From Altibacter sp. (GTDB lineage: Bacteria; Bacteroidota; Bacteroidia; Flavobacteriales; Flavobacteriaceae): a DNA stretch of 46,731 nt. The notes under the pieces were generated by a model, which saw only the letters and a program-made list of their open reading frames with translations, made no database searches and had not been told where the DNA came from. How positions within the stretch are numbered: the stretch's first letter is position 1; each line of letters opens with the position of its first letter. Shown here piece by piece: positions 38,212 through 46,657 of this stretch. The position numbers and the translations under genes are program-made. The stretch spans positions 1 through 46,731 of the forward strand of contig JANQOS010000079.1 of NCBI GenBank assembly GCA_028285705.1, given 5' to 3'.

Positions 38212-38684
38212 CGAACAATTTCATTTATTTTCTCATAGACCAAGCTACTTTCCCATCCACGGTATAATAGATAGTTGGCCAGTTTTTTTCTTTTTTTCTG
38301 AAGATCATTCTCAGATGCTAATTGGGCAAATCGTTTTTCGGCAAGCTCCTGGAATGTTTGTAGATATTCGGTTTCACTAATTTCCTTTAAAGCGGTTGTT
38401 ATATTGTATTTTGAAATATTTCGAAATTTTAATTCACGAACAATGCGATTCCTCCCCCATTTTTTGTTTTTGAATTTTCCACGTGCAAAAGCTTGCGAAA
38501 ATCGTGTTTCGTTTAAAAAGTTATTTTGTAATAAATGAAATATGATTTGATCTATTGCATCGGGGATCATTCTCATTTCCTTTAGCTTTTGGTGTACTTC
38601 TTTATGGCAGCGCTCCTGATAGGCGCAATAGCGTTCCATACGTTTTGTGGCTTCCGGAACAGAATATGTTTTGTATTTTTTCAA
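38208..38684 (-). CDS. recX: Regulatory protein RecX
   Basis: 158 aa. YCAYQERCHKEV...FLNE.RF..AFARGKF....WGRNRI..EL matches the Bacteroidota RecX pattern. Its stop overlaps the convergent cupin stop (TTAA). Confidence 0.75.
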   Translation of the reverse strand: MKKYKTYSVPEATKRMERYCAYQERCHKEVHQKLKEMRMIPDAIDQIIFHLLQNNFLNETRFSQAFARGKFKNKKWGRNRIVRELKFRNISKYNITTALKEISETEYLQTFQELAEKRFAQLASENDLQKKRKKLANYLLYRGWESSLVYEKINEIVR

Positions 38685-38718
38685 GAAGGGAAATTAAAAA
38701 ATCTTTTCAAAACTGGGC

Positions 38719-38751
38719 ATAAAAAAACCCTTCCTAAAACAGGAAGGGTTT
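38719..38751 (-). terminator. Rho-independent terminator downstream of rng
   Basis: On the minus strand, AAACCCTTCC-TGTTTTA-GGAAGGGTTT followed by TTTTTT (plus-strand A-run 38721-38727). Confidence 0.85.
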
Positions 38752-38755
38752 CATT

Positions 38756-40306
38756 TTATTTTATCATTTCTCCATTTTTATCGTGGAAATGATATTCAAG
38801 ATACGTGTAAGCGTCTCTAGGTTGAATTTTTATCCATTTTTTGTGCTCCATAAACCACTTGGTTCGCACAGACGGAAAACCTTTTGTTAAAAAGGCTGCT
38901 ATAAAAGGATGTGCATTAAGTGTAATCTTTTTATAGTCTTTTTGTATGAGGCGTTTAACCTCTTCATTAATTCTATCTACCACTATGATTGGGGCTTCGA
39001 TCTCACCGCTTTCACCACCATTATTATTGGGGTTTTCCTCGCGGGTCTTAATATTCATCTCAGGCCTTACACGTTGGCGGGTAATTTGTATTAATCCAAA
39101 TTTTGTTGGAGGAAGTATCTTATGCTTCGCTCTGTCTTCATTCATTTCGTCACGAAGGTGATTAAAGAGCTTCTTGCGGTTGCCGGCGTTAGCCATGTCT
39201 ATAAAATCGACCACAATAATACCTCCCATGTCTCGCAAACGCAATTGTCGTGCTACTTCGGTAGCAGCAATTAAGTTTACTTCGAGTGCTGTATCTTCCT
39301 GGTTTTTGGATTTGTTACTACGGTTACCACTATTCACGTCTATAACGTGCATGGCTTCTGTGTGTTCTATCACCAAATATGCTCCTTTGCTACCGGAAAC
39401 AGTTTTACCGAAGGAAGTTTTAATTTGACGCTCGATCCCAAATTTTTCAAAAATGGGGACCTTTGAATCATAATACTTTACGATATTCTCTTTATTAGGT
39501 GCAATTTCCTGCACATAATCTTTTATTTGTAAGTAGAGTGTCTCATCATCTATGTGTATGGCCGAGAACGAGTCATTAAATACGTCACGGATCATAGAAG
39601 AACCTCTGCTTAATTCACTTAGCACCTTACTAGGATGGTGCGCTCCTCGTAGCTTTTTACACATCGCTGTCCAGCGATCTGTGAGATTTTGTAAATCTCT
39701 ATCCAGTTCTGCTACTTTTTTGCCCTCTGCTACAGTACGTATAATAACGCCAAATCCTTTAGGTTTAATGCTTGTAATTAAGCGTTTTAACCTTTCTTTC
39801 TCTTTCTTGGACTCTATTTTTTGAGAAATAGAGACCCGGTCTGAAAAAGGAACCAAAACAATATAGCGTCCTGCTATGGAAAGCTCGGAGCTAATTCTTG
39901 GGCCTTTTGTGGAAATGGGCTCTTTAACGATTTGTACCAGAATAGATTGATTGGATTTAAGGGCGTCGTTAATGCCTCCATTTTTATCAATCTCTTTTTC
40001 AAATGGGAATTCTTTTAAAGAGTAATCTTTAAGTTTACCTGTGCTTACACGTTTTACGAATTTTAAAAGAGAAAGAACTTTTGGTCCTAAATCATGATAA
40101 TGCAAAAAAGCATCTTTTTCGTAACCTACATTTACAAATGCAGCATTAAGACCAGGAACAGTTTTTCTGATTTTGGCGAGATAAATGTCGCCAACCGAAA
40201 ATTTGTTGTCCTCTTCCTCCTTATTTAATTCTACTAGTTTTCCATCTTTTAAAAGGGCAAAATCAACTTCTTGTGAACTGGATCTAATAAATAATTCGTA
40301 GTTCAC
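38756..40306 (-). CDS. rng: Ribonuclease G/E family endoribonuclease
   Basis: 516 aa. N-terminal S1 domain (VGDIYLAKIRKTVPGLNAAFVNVG), the catalytic region ...IEHTEAMHVIDVNSG... and GGIIVVDFIDM. GTG start. Confidence 0.9.
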   Translation of the reverse strand: MNYELFIRSSSQEVDFALLKDGKLVELNKEEEDNKFSVGDIYLAKIRKTVPGLNAAFVNVGYEKDAFLHYHDLGPKVLSLLKFVKRVSTGKLKDYSLKEFPFEKEIDKNGGINDALKSNQSILVQIVKEPISTKGPRISSELSIAGRYIVLVPFSDRVSISQKIESKKEKERLKRLITSIKPKGFGVIIRTVAEGKKVAELDRDLQNLTDRWTAMCKKLRGAHHPSKVLSELSRGSSMIRDVFNDSFSAIHIDDETLYLQIKDYVQEIAPNKENIVKYYDSKVPIFEKFGIERQIKTSFGKTVSGSKGAYLVIEHTEAMHVIDVNSGNRSNKSKNQEDTALEVNLIAATEVARQLRLRDMGGIIVVDFIDMANAGNRKKLFNHLRDEMNEDRAKHKILPPTKFGLIQITRQRVRPEMNIKTREENPNNNGGESGEIEAPIIVVDRINEEVKRLIQKDYKKITLNAHPFIAAFLTKGFPSVRTKWFMEHKKWIKIQPRDAYTYLEYHFHDKNGEMIK

Positions 40307-40465
40307 TTCTAATTAATTTTTATCCATCACGCTTTGGCGTGACAAATGGATTAAACAATAATTTATCACAGGTTTTTAATAATAAACCCGTCGAAACCAT
40401 TTACTTTAAGGTATAAAAGCAATATAGTTTCATTTTCAAAGAACGTTTTCTTTCTTCCTTAAACG

Positions 40466-40494
40466 AAAAAAGTAGTTGGGAAAACTACTTTTTC
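40466..40494 (-). terminator. Rho-independent terminator after the HU / small basic ORF pair
   Basis: AAAAAGTAGTT (40466-40477) / AACTACTTTTT (40483-40494), with a T-run following on the minus strand. It overlaps the stop codon of the small ORF. Confidence 0.7.
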
Positions 40495-40574
40495 TTGTGG
40501 CGGTTAGCGCGTCTTCTTTTCTTGCGCTTATGCGTTGCTACCTTATGTCTTTTTCTTTTTTTACCACTAGGCAT
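40485..40574 (-). CDS. 29-aa Lys/Arg-rich protein, probable ribosomal protein bS22 (AURKAIP1/COX24-domain type); absent from the ORF track
   Basis: Hand translation of the minus strand from ATG 40574 gives MPSGKKRKRHKVATHKRKKRRRANRHKKK, then TAG at 40485-40487. It lies 24 nt downstream of the HU gene and has its own terminator. Confidence 0.7.
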   Translation of the reverse strand: MPSGKKRKRHKVATHKRKKRRRANRHKKK

Positions 40575-40598
40575 ACTAACTTTTTTTTAATGTTATTA

Positions 40599-40889
40599 TT
40601 ATTTTACTTCAACATTAGTCTTAACGCCTTCTACAAATACCTTTGCAGGTTTAAACGCGGGAATGTTGTGAGCAGGAATTTTGATTGTAGTGTTTTTTGA
40701 AATATTTCTACCGGTTTTTTCAGCTCTTCTCTTAATAATAAAACTTCCAAATCCTCTTAAGTAAACATTGTCCCCACTTTCAAGAGAGTTTTTAACCTCA
40801 TCCATAAAGGTTTCTACTGTAGCCTGAACATCACCTTTTTCCATTCCTAATTTTTCGGAAATTTTTGCTACGATATCTGCTTTAGTCAT
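40599..40889 (-). CDS. hup: HU-family DNA-binding protein
   Basis: I place the start at ATG 40889 (MTKADIVAKISEKLG...), giving 96 aa. The HU signature is RGFGSF...R.GRN..T...I.IP...PAFKP. The 14 upstream codons in the ORF track are unlikely to be coding. Confidence 0.9.
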   Translation of the reverse strand: MTKADIVAKISEKLGMEKGDVQATVETFMDEVKNSLESGDNVYLRGFGSFIIKRRAEKTGRNISKNTTIKIPAHNIPAFKPAKVFVEGVKTNVEVK

Positions 40890-40936
40890 TCTGTAATTCT
40901 TTAAATTATAATTATTATATTCATTTTTCAAGAGGG

Positions 40937-40944
40937 CAAATATA
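40937..40944 (-). promoter_or_regulatory. Bacteroidota sigma-A -7 box (TATATTTG) for HU
   Basis: The reverse complement of CAAATATA is TATATTTG, ~48 nt upstream of the HU ATG. Confidence 0.45.
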
Positions 40945-41002
40945 AGGATTTTAAAATCAATAATTCAAACCATAATCCGTTAAATTATAATTAGATAAAG
41001 GC

Positions 41003-41010
41003 TATTTTTG
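41003..41010 (+). promoter_or_regulatory. TAnnTTTG box (TATTTTTG) 4 nt upstream of the mutY ATG
   Basis: Exact consensus match. It would give a leaderless or near-leaderless mutY mRNA. Confidence 0.35.
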
Positions 41011-41014
41011 TGAA

Positions 41015-42082
41015 ATGCCAAAAAAAGCCACTTTTTTTTATAAAAAACTCATTCCGTGGTATTTAGAAAATAAACGTGACCTTCCCTGGAGAGGAACGAC
41101 GAACCCGTACTTTGTTTGGCTATCTGAAATAATGCTACAACAAACCCGTGTAAGACAAGGATTACCATACTATTTGAAATTCATTAGGACATTTCCTACT
41201 ATTAAAGATCTTGCCAATGCTCCCGAATCGCAAATTTTAAAATTATGGCAGGGACTGGGTTATTATTCACGGGCCAGAAACCTGCACTTTACAGCAAAAT
41301 ATATTGCAAATGAATTGAACGGGGAATTCCCAAATACCTATAAAGAACTTATAAAATTAAAAGGCATTGGCGATTATACGGCAAGCGCCATTGCCTCTAT
41401 TTGTTTTAATGAGCCAACAGCAGTTGTAGATGGAAACGTCTATAGGGTTTTGTCTCGCCTCTTCAACATTAAAACACCGGTTAATGGCACGGCAGGTATC
41501 AAAGAGTTTAAACAACTGGCACAGCATCTTATAGATGTGTCGCAACCGGGAACTTGCAACCAGGCAATTATGGAATTTGGAGCCCGATATTGCATTCCGC
41601 AAAATCCGGATTGTAATAATTGCATATTCAACGATAGCTGTGAAGCTTTTAAGAACAGGGAAGTTTCCAAACTACCTGTAAAACTGAAAAAACTGAAAGT
41701 TAAAAAGAGGTATTTCAATTATATGGTAGTGCTTTCTGAAAATAATACTACAATCCTACAACAGCGAACTCAAAAAGGGATCTGGCGGCAGTTGTACGAG
41801 TTTCCATTAATTGAAAGTGATTCGGAAACAGATATTGAACAACTAAAACAGCTTTCCGAATATAAGAATTTTGCAAAAGACCTAAATCTTCGGTCTATTA
41901 CTCTTTTTAATGAGGAGTCCATAATCCATAAGCTATCACACCAGCATTTATATACCCGTTTTTGGATCGTGGAAGTTTCAGAATTAAAGGAAAAAGGAAT
42001 TCCTATTTCCGGAATTGGCAGCTATGCCGTACCGGTACTGATTGAAAATTTTATTTCGAATTTTTCTCCCATGAAAAACTGA
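41015..42082 (+). CDS. mutY: A/G-specific adenine DNA glycosylase
   Basis: WLSEIMLQQTRV, the HhH-GPD motif LKGIGDYTASAI, the 4Fe-4S cluster loop C-x6-C-x2-C-x5-C (CIPQNPDCNNCIFNDSC) and a C-terminal NUDIX-like domain. Confidence 0.93.
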   Translation: MPKKATFFYKKLIPWYLENKRDLPWRGTTNPYFVWLSEIMLQQTRVRQGLPYYLKFIRTFPTIKDLANAPESQILKLWQGLGYYSRARNLHFTAKYIANELNGEFPNTYKELIKLKGIGDYTASAIASICFNEPTAVVDGNVYRVLSRLFNIKTPVNGTAGIKEFKQLAQHLIDVSQPGTCNQAIMEFGARYCIPQNPDCNNCIFNDSCEAFKNREVSKLPVKLKKLKVKKRYFNYMVVLSENNTTILQQRTQKGIWRQLYEFPLIESDSETDIEQLKQLSEYKNFAKDLNLRSITLFNEESIIHKLSHQHLYTRFWIVEVSELKEKGIPISGIGSYAVPVLIENFISNFSPMKN

Positions 42083-42111
42083 AAAAATACCTATATTTAA
42101 AACACAAAATT

Positions 42112-42119
42112 TACCTTTG
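42112..42119 (+). promoter_or_regulatory. Bacteroidota sigma-A -7 box (TACCTTTG) for ssb
   Basis: Consensus match 24 nt upstream of ATG 42143. Confidence 0.45.
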
Positions 42120-42142
42120 TATATTAATTCAATTTAAAGATT

Positions 42143-42604
42143 ATGAGCGGGACATTAAACAAAGTGATGCTAATTGGGCATACCGGTGATGAAGTGAAAA
42201 TGCACTATTTTGACGGTGGAGGAAGTATAGGAAGGTTCCCGTTGGCAACGAATGAGTCCTATACCAACCGAACCACAGGAGAACGTGTAACGAATACGGA
42301 ATGGCACAATATCGTTGTGAGAAACAAAGCTGCAGAGATTTGCGAAAAGTACCTGAAGAAAGGAGATAAAATTTATATAGAGGGAAGGTTGAAAACACGC
42401 AAATGGCAAGATGAGCAAGGGAACGACCGCTATAGCACGGAAATCCAATGCACTGACTTTACATTTTTAACGCCAAAAGGTGAGAGTGGAGCAGTGCCAC
42501 AAACAAATACAGGAACTATGACTCCCGAAACTACTAAAACGGAACCGCAAAATCCTCAGGTTCAGGAAACCATTGGAGAGGAGGATGACGATTTGCCGTT
42601 TTAA
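42143..42604 (+). CDS. ssb: Single-stranded DNA-binding protein
   Basis: OB-fold LNKVMLIGHTGDEVK...TEWHNIVV and the acidic C-terminal tip EEDDDLPF. Confidence 0.95.
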   Translation: MSGTLNKVMLIGHTGDEVKMHYFDGGGSIGRFPLATNESYTNRTTGERVTNTEWHNIVVRNKAAEICEKYLKKGDKIYIEGRLKTRKWQDEQGNDRYSTEIQCTDFTFLTPKGESGAVPQTNTGTMTPETTKTEPQNPQVQETIGEEDDDLPF

Positions 42605-42625
42605 TGTTTAATCAATATCAACACA

Positions 42626-43957
42626 TTGGATATAGAGCCTCCCAGTTTATTATTTATTGCATTAATTGACTTCACACATATAACAGGTATTATTCTATTG
42701 CTTGTACTACTTTTGTGTTCTGCATTAATTTCCGGCGCAGAGGTTGCTTTCTTTTCACTTACTCCTACCGATTTTGAAGGAAATGAAGGAAAGTCTCCAT
42801 CAAAAAGACTTGCAATTGCCCAAAGACTTCTATCAAAACCCAAAAAGTTATTAGCTACTATTTTAGTGGCCAATAATACTATCAATATTGCCATTGTCTT
42901 ATTATTTGAATCTTTAAGCTCTGTTTGGTTTGAAGGGTGGAACTATAGGCTTGATCTTTTTTTCTTTGAAATTGATTCGGTTTTTTTACTGAAAATAGGT
43001 GTGGCAACATTTCTTATTCTACTATTCGGAGAAATTCTCCCAAAAGTGTATGCCAGCAGGAATAGGGTTTCATTTGCATCATTTATGGCATATCCGTTAA
43101 ACTTTCTGGATAAGTTATTTGCTCCTTTAAGCCTGCCTATGCGTTCTGCGACAATTTATCTTCAGGAGAAATTTGGGAAACAAAAATCCAATTTGAGTGT
43201 GGACCAATTGTCACAAGCTTTGGAACTCACCAGTGAAGAAGACACAACTCGAGAGGAACAGAAGATCCTAAAAGGAATTGTCACTTTTGGAAATACGGAT
43301 ACTAAACAAGTAATGAAACCCCGTATGGAAGTGTTTGCATTGAATGAAGATACAGCTTTTAAAGATATCATTCCGGAAATTATTTCTCATGGGTATTCAC
43401 GTATACCGGTTTATAAAGATAGTATAGATACCATCACGGGAGTTTTATACGTAAAGGACCTGATTCCTTTTATAGACCGGAAAAACTTAGATTGGATCTC
43501 TTTAAAACGAGAAGCATACTTTGTTCCTGAAAATAAAAAATTGGATGATTTGCTAAATGAATTTAAAGACATGAAGATGCATTTGGCAATTGTTGTTGAT
43601 GAATATGGTGGTACCAGTGGACTCATTTCTTTGGAAGATATTATTGAAGAAATCGTTGGAGAGATTAGTGATGAATTTGATGATGATGACCTTATATTCT
43701 CAAAATTGGATGAAAATACCTTTGTATTTGAAGGAAAAACTCCTTTAAAGGACTTTTACAAAGTAATACAACTGGAAGACCCGGAAATATTTGAGAAGGA
43801 GAAAGGAGAGGCAGAAACACTCGCCGGCTTCCTTTTGGAGGTTTCTAAGGGATTTCCAAAGAAAAATGAAATAATAACCTTCTATAATTATGCGTTTACC
43901 ATTGAAGCGTTTGAGAATAAGCGCATTAAACAAATTAAACTTTCCATTGATATCTAG
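42626..43957 (+). CDS. gldE: Gliding motility-associated protein GldE (CNNM/CorC-type: DUF21 TM domain, CBS pair, CorC_HlyC)
   Basis: 443 aa with a TTG start. Four N-terminal TM helices, a CBS pair (VMKPRMEVF...YSRIPVY; LAIVVDEYGGTSGLISLEDIIEEIVGEI), and the mutY-ssb-gldE-gldD synteny known from Flavobacterium johnsoniae. Confidence 0.85.
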   Translation: MDIEPPSLLFIALIDFTHITGIILLLVLLLCSALISGAEVAFFSLTPTDFEGNEGKSPSKRLAIAQRLLSKPKKLLATILVANNTINIAIVLLFESLSSVWFEGWNYRLDLFFFEIDSVFLLKIGVATFLILLFGEILPKVYASRNRVSFASFMAYPLNFLDKLFAPLSLPMRSATIYLQEKFGKQKSNLSVDQLSQALELTSEEDTTREEQKILKGIVTFGNTDTKQVMKPRMEVFALNEDTAFKDIIPEIISHGYSRIPVYKDSIDTITGVLYVKDLIPFIDRKNLDWISLKREAYFVPENKKLDDLLNEFKDMKMHLAIVVDEYGGTSGLISLEDIIEEIVGEISDEFDDDDLIFSKLDENTFVFEGKTPLKDFYKVIQLEDPEIFEKEKGEAETLAGFLLEVSKGFPKKNEIITFYNYAFTIEAFENKRIKQIKLSIDI

Positions 43958-43958
43958 T

Positions 43959-44516
43959 ATGCGGATCTTCTTTTTATTGTTTTTTATGGGTTTTGTGGTT
44001 TCTTGTGATGATGACATAGTGATAAAGCCTAGTGCAATGCTTCGGTTGGAGTATCCCGTAGCTTCGTATAAAGAAGCCGGGGCCAATTGTCCGTATGTGT
44101 TCGAAAAAAATCAACAAGCTGTTCTTCAGAAAAAGAAAAATTGCTGGATGAATTTGGAGTATCCCGCAATGAAGGCAACTGTTTATTTAACATATAGGGA
44201 GATCGAAAATGATAATCTTGATTCTTTGCTATATGATGCTCAAAAACTCACATATGATCATACTATTAAGGCAGAGGCTATTTTTGAACAACCTCGAGTG
44301 GATTCTATCAACAAGGTATATGGAATGTTTTATATGATCAATGGGGACGCCGCAACTCAATCTCAGTTTTATGTAACGGATAGTATCAATCATTTTGTAA
44401 CAGGATCACTTTATTTTGAGTCCAAACCCAACTTCGATTCTGTTTATCCTGCAGTAGTTTACCTCCGAAATGATATTCGTCGTATTATGGAAACTATTTC
44501 CTGGCAAAAGAATTAG
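43959..44516 (+). CDS. gldD: Gliding motility lipoprotein GldD
   Basis: I place the start at ATG 43959, 1 nt after the gldE stop (MRIFFLLFFMGFVVSCDDD lipobox), giving 185 aa. The position immediately downstream of gldE matches F. johnsoniae. Confidence 0.8.
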   Translation: MRIFFLLFFMGFVVSCDDDIVIKPSAMLRLEYPVASYKEAGANCPYVFEKNQQAVLQKKKNCWMNLEYPAMKATVYLTYREIENDNLDSLLYDAQKLTYDHTIKAEAIFEQPRVDSINKVYGMFYMINGDAATQSQFYVTDSINHFVTGSLYFESKPNFDSVYPAVVYLRNDIRRIMETISWQKN

Positions 44517-44572
44517 TTTTTTAGCATATACTTAATCGTAATTTTCAGACTTTTGTTTTTTTAAAACAAAAA

Positions 44573-45442
44573 ATGAAAACCGCCAATCTTAAATGGATAT
44601 ATCTTCTTATACTTTCTCTTATTTGGGGGAGTTCTTTTATCCTTATTAAGAAAAGCCTGGTTGGTTTAACAGATTACCAGGTAGGGGCGCTCCGCATTGT
44701 TCTAACGTCCCTTTTTCTTTTTAGCGTTGGTTTTAAGAGTTTAAAGCAGATAAAGAAACGACATTGGAAATGGGTTATCATTTCGGGGCTCGTAAGTTCC
44801 TTTTTTCCGCCTTTCTTATTTGCGATGGCCCAAAATCATATAGACAGTGCCATTGCTTCAATATTAAATTCTTTAACCCCTTTGGCAACTGTTGCCGTAG
44901 GGATATTATTGTTTAAGATACTTAGTTCCAGATTACAGATCCTGGGTGTTATAGTGGGTCTTGTTGGAACCGTATTACTAATATTGGCAGGAGCAGATCT
45001 AAATCCTGGTCAGGATTATTGGTATAGTTCTCTTATTATTTTAGCAACAATAGGTTATGCATTCAATGTAAACATAATTAAGAAGTATTTAAATGACATT
45101 AGTGCTTTGGCTGTGACCACGGGGAATTTTATATTTCTTTTTCTACCAGCCTTGGTGATCTTATACCTAACAGGGTTTTTTGAAGCCATTTTGGATTCCA
45201 GGGAAATGCAGATATCTTTTGGTTATGTTGCCATTCTATCACTGTTTGGTACTGCGATCGCAAAAGTGATATTCAATAAACTGGTTCAAATTGCAAGTCC
45301 TGTTTTTGCTTCTTCAGTGACGTATACCATGCCAATAGTAGCTGTTGTATGGGGATTAATAGATGGGGAATCATTTGGTTTCCTTCAGGCATTTGCAGCT
45401 GCTATCATATTATTTGGGGTGTATTTGGCCAACAAAAAATAG
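44573..45442 (+). CDS. EamA/DMT-family transporter
   Basis: 289 aa, ~10 TM helices, and two EamA-like halves (IWGSSFILIK...; ...VTYTMPIVAVVWG). Confidence 0.8.
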   Translation: MKTANLKWIYLLILSLIWGSSFILIKKSLVGLTDYQVGALRIVLTSLFLFSVGFKSLKQIKKRHWKWVIISGLVSSFFPPFLFAMAQNHIDSAIASILNSLTPLATVAVGILLFKILSSRLQILGVIVGLVGTVLLILAGADLNPGQDYWYSSLIILATIGYAFNVNIIKKYLNDISALAVTTGNFIFLFLPALVILYLTGFFEAILDSREMQISFGYVAILSLFGTAIAKVIFNKLVQIASPVFASSVTYTMPIVAVVWGLIDGESFGFLQAFAAAIILFGVYLANKK

Positions 45443-45490
45443 CAGAAAGGATAATAAAACTTTAATTATCAGGTATTTCTGAATTTTTTT
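45443..45490 (+). terminator. Possible two-tier hairpin terminator after the EamA gene
   Basis: Outer stem CAGAAA (45443-45448) / TTTCTG (45476-45481) and inner stem GATAAT (45450-45455) / ATTATC (45465-45470), followed by T7 at 45484-45490. The stems are AT-rich, so it is weak. Confidence 0.4.
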
Positions 45491-45522
45491 CCGAAATTTA
45501 TAGAACACCAATATTTTGAGTT

Positions 45523-45960
45523 ATGGGAAAGTATTATCTAAAATATGGAATTGTAATAGCAGTTTTTTTGATCGCTTATTTCTTAATTACAAAATTATTA
45601 GGATTGCATCAATACCCTGTGCTAAGTGCTGCTAACGGGGTAATTTTTGGTGCTGGAATTTTAATGGCAATAAAGAAATACAAATCGGAAATATCGAGTT
45701 TCAAATATCAAGAAGGGTTTCAAATAGGGCTTTTTACAGGGGGTGTGGCTACAATATTATTTGCAGTGTTCATGGCGGTCTATATTTTTCAGATAGATAA
45801 ACAATTTGCAAATGCTATATTGGATTCCTGGGGATTAAACTATAATAAAGGAGGGCTTATTGTAATTATTTCTTTAGTAATGATGGGCTTTTCCACTACA
45901 GTGGTCCTTACATTGGCCTTTATGCAATTGCTCAAAGAATCCTGGAATCAAAATTCTTAG
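45523..45960 (+). CDS. DUF4199-like small membrane protein
   Basis: 145 aa with four TM helices and an N-terminal YLKYGIVIAVFLIAYFLI pattern, as in DUF4199 proteins of Bacteroidota. Confidence 0.6.
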   Translation: MGKYYLKYGIVIAVFLIAYFLITKLLGLHQYPVLSAANGVIFGAGILMAIKKYKSEISSFKYQEGFQIGLFTGGVATILFAVFMAVYIFQIDKQFANAILDSWGLNYNKGGLIVIISLVMMGFSTTVVLTLAFMQLLKESWNQNS

Positions 45961-46012
45961 GTCTTAGCTCTTTAATTTCGTAGAAACTGTTTGCGGTTTA
46001 ATTAATTAGAAT

Positions 46013-46020
46013 TATATTTG
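46013..46020 (+). promoter_or_regulatory. Bacteroidota sigma-A -7 box (TATATTTG) for rplU-rpmA
   Basis: TATATTTGCACC, with TTTG at 45990-45993 as a -33 element (19-nt spacer). It implies a ~60-nt leader. Confidence 0.55.
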
Positions 46021-46082
46021 CACCCGCTTTTATCGTAGGGATAGAAGTATTTGTATAACTAATTATAATAAACGATTACGCT

Positions 46083-46637
46083 ATGTATGCAATTGTAGAG
46101 ATAGCAGGGCAGCAAATGAAAGTTGCGAAAGACCAAAAAGTCTTTGTCAATCGTTTACCGGTAGAAGAAGGTAAAAAAGTGTCTTTTGACAACGTACTTC
46201 TTATTGGTGATGGAGACAAAGTAACTGTTGGCGCCCCGGCTATAAACGGCGCTCAAATAGGAGCAAAAGTCGTAAAGCACTTTAAAGGTGATAAAGTCAT
46301 TGTTTTCAAAAAGAAACGTAGAAAAGGATACCGTGTTAAAAACGGTCACAGACAATCTCTTTCTGAAATTGTTATTGAAAGCATAGTAGCTTCAGGAGCA
46401 AAAAAAGCAACTCCGGCGAAAGCTGAGAAAGCGGCTCCAAAAAAAGAAACAAAAACAGCAGCTCCTAAAAAGGAGGCCAAAGCTGCACCTAAAGCAAAAG
46501 CCGAAAAGAAAGCTGCTCCGGCAGAAGATTTGAGCAAAATGACAGTTGCTCAATTAAAAGAATTGGCAAAAGCGAAAGGAATTAGCGGTATCTCTTCTAT
46601 GAAGAAAGCCGATTTAATTGCTGCATTAAGTAAATAA
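46083..46637 (+). CDS. rplU: 50S ribosomal protein L21 with ~80-aa C-terminal extension
   Basis: The core is MYAIVEIAGQQMKV...KVIVFKKKRRKGYRVKNGHRQ (aa 1-~100). It is followed by a Lys/Ala/Pro-rich tract and a terminal LSKMTVAQLKELAKAKGISGISSMKKADLIAALSK helix-extended-helix motif (Rho_N/SAP-like). Confidence 0.93.
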   Translation: MYAIVEIAGQQMKVAKDQKVFVNRLPVEEGKKVSFDNVLLIGDGDKVTVGAPAINGAQIGAKVVKHFKGDKVIVFKKKRRKGYRVKNGHRQSLSEIVIESIVASGAKKATPAKAEKAAPKKETKTAAPKKEAKAAPKAKAEKKAAPAEDLSKMTVAQLKELAKAKGISGISSMKKADLIAALSK

Positions 46638-46657
46638 TAATATAAAACCGAAAGAAA

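Noticed and set aside
40890-40931. 14-codon extension of the HU ORF (MKNEYNNYNLKNYR)
   Set aside because: HU proteins start at MTKADIV-like sequences. The extension covers AT-rich promoter-proximal DNA close to the -7 box at 40937-40944.
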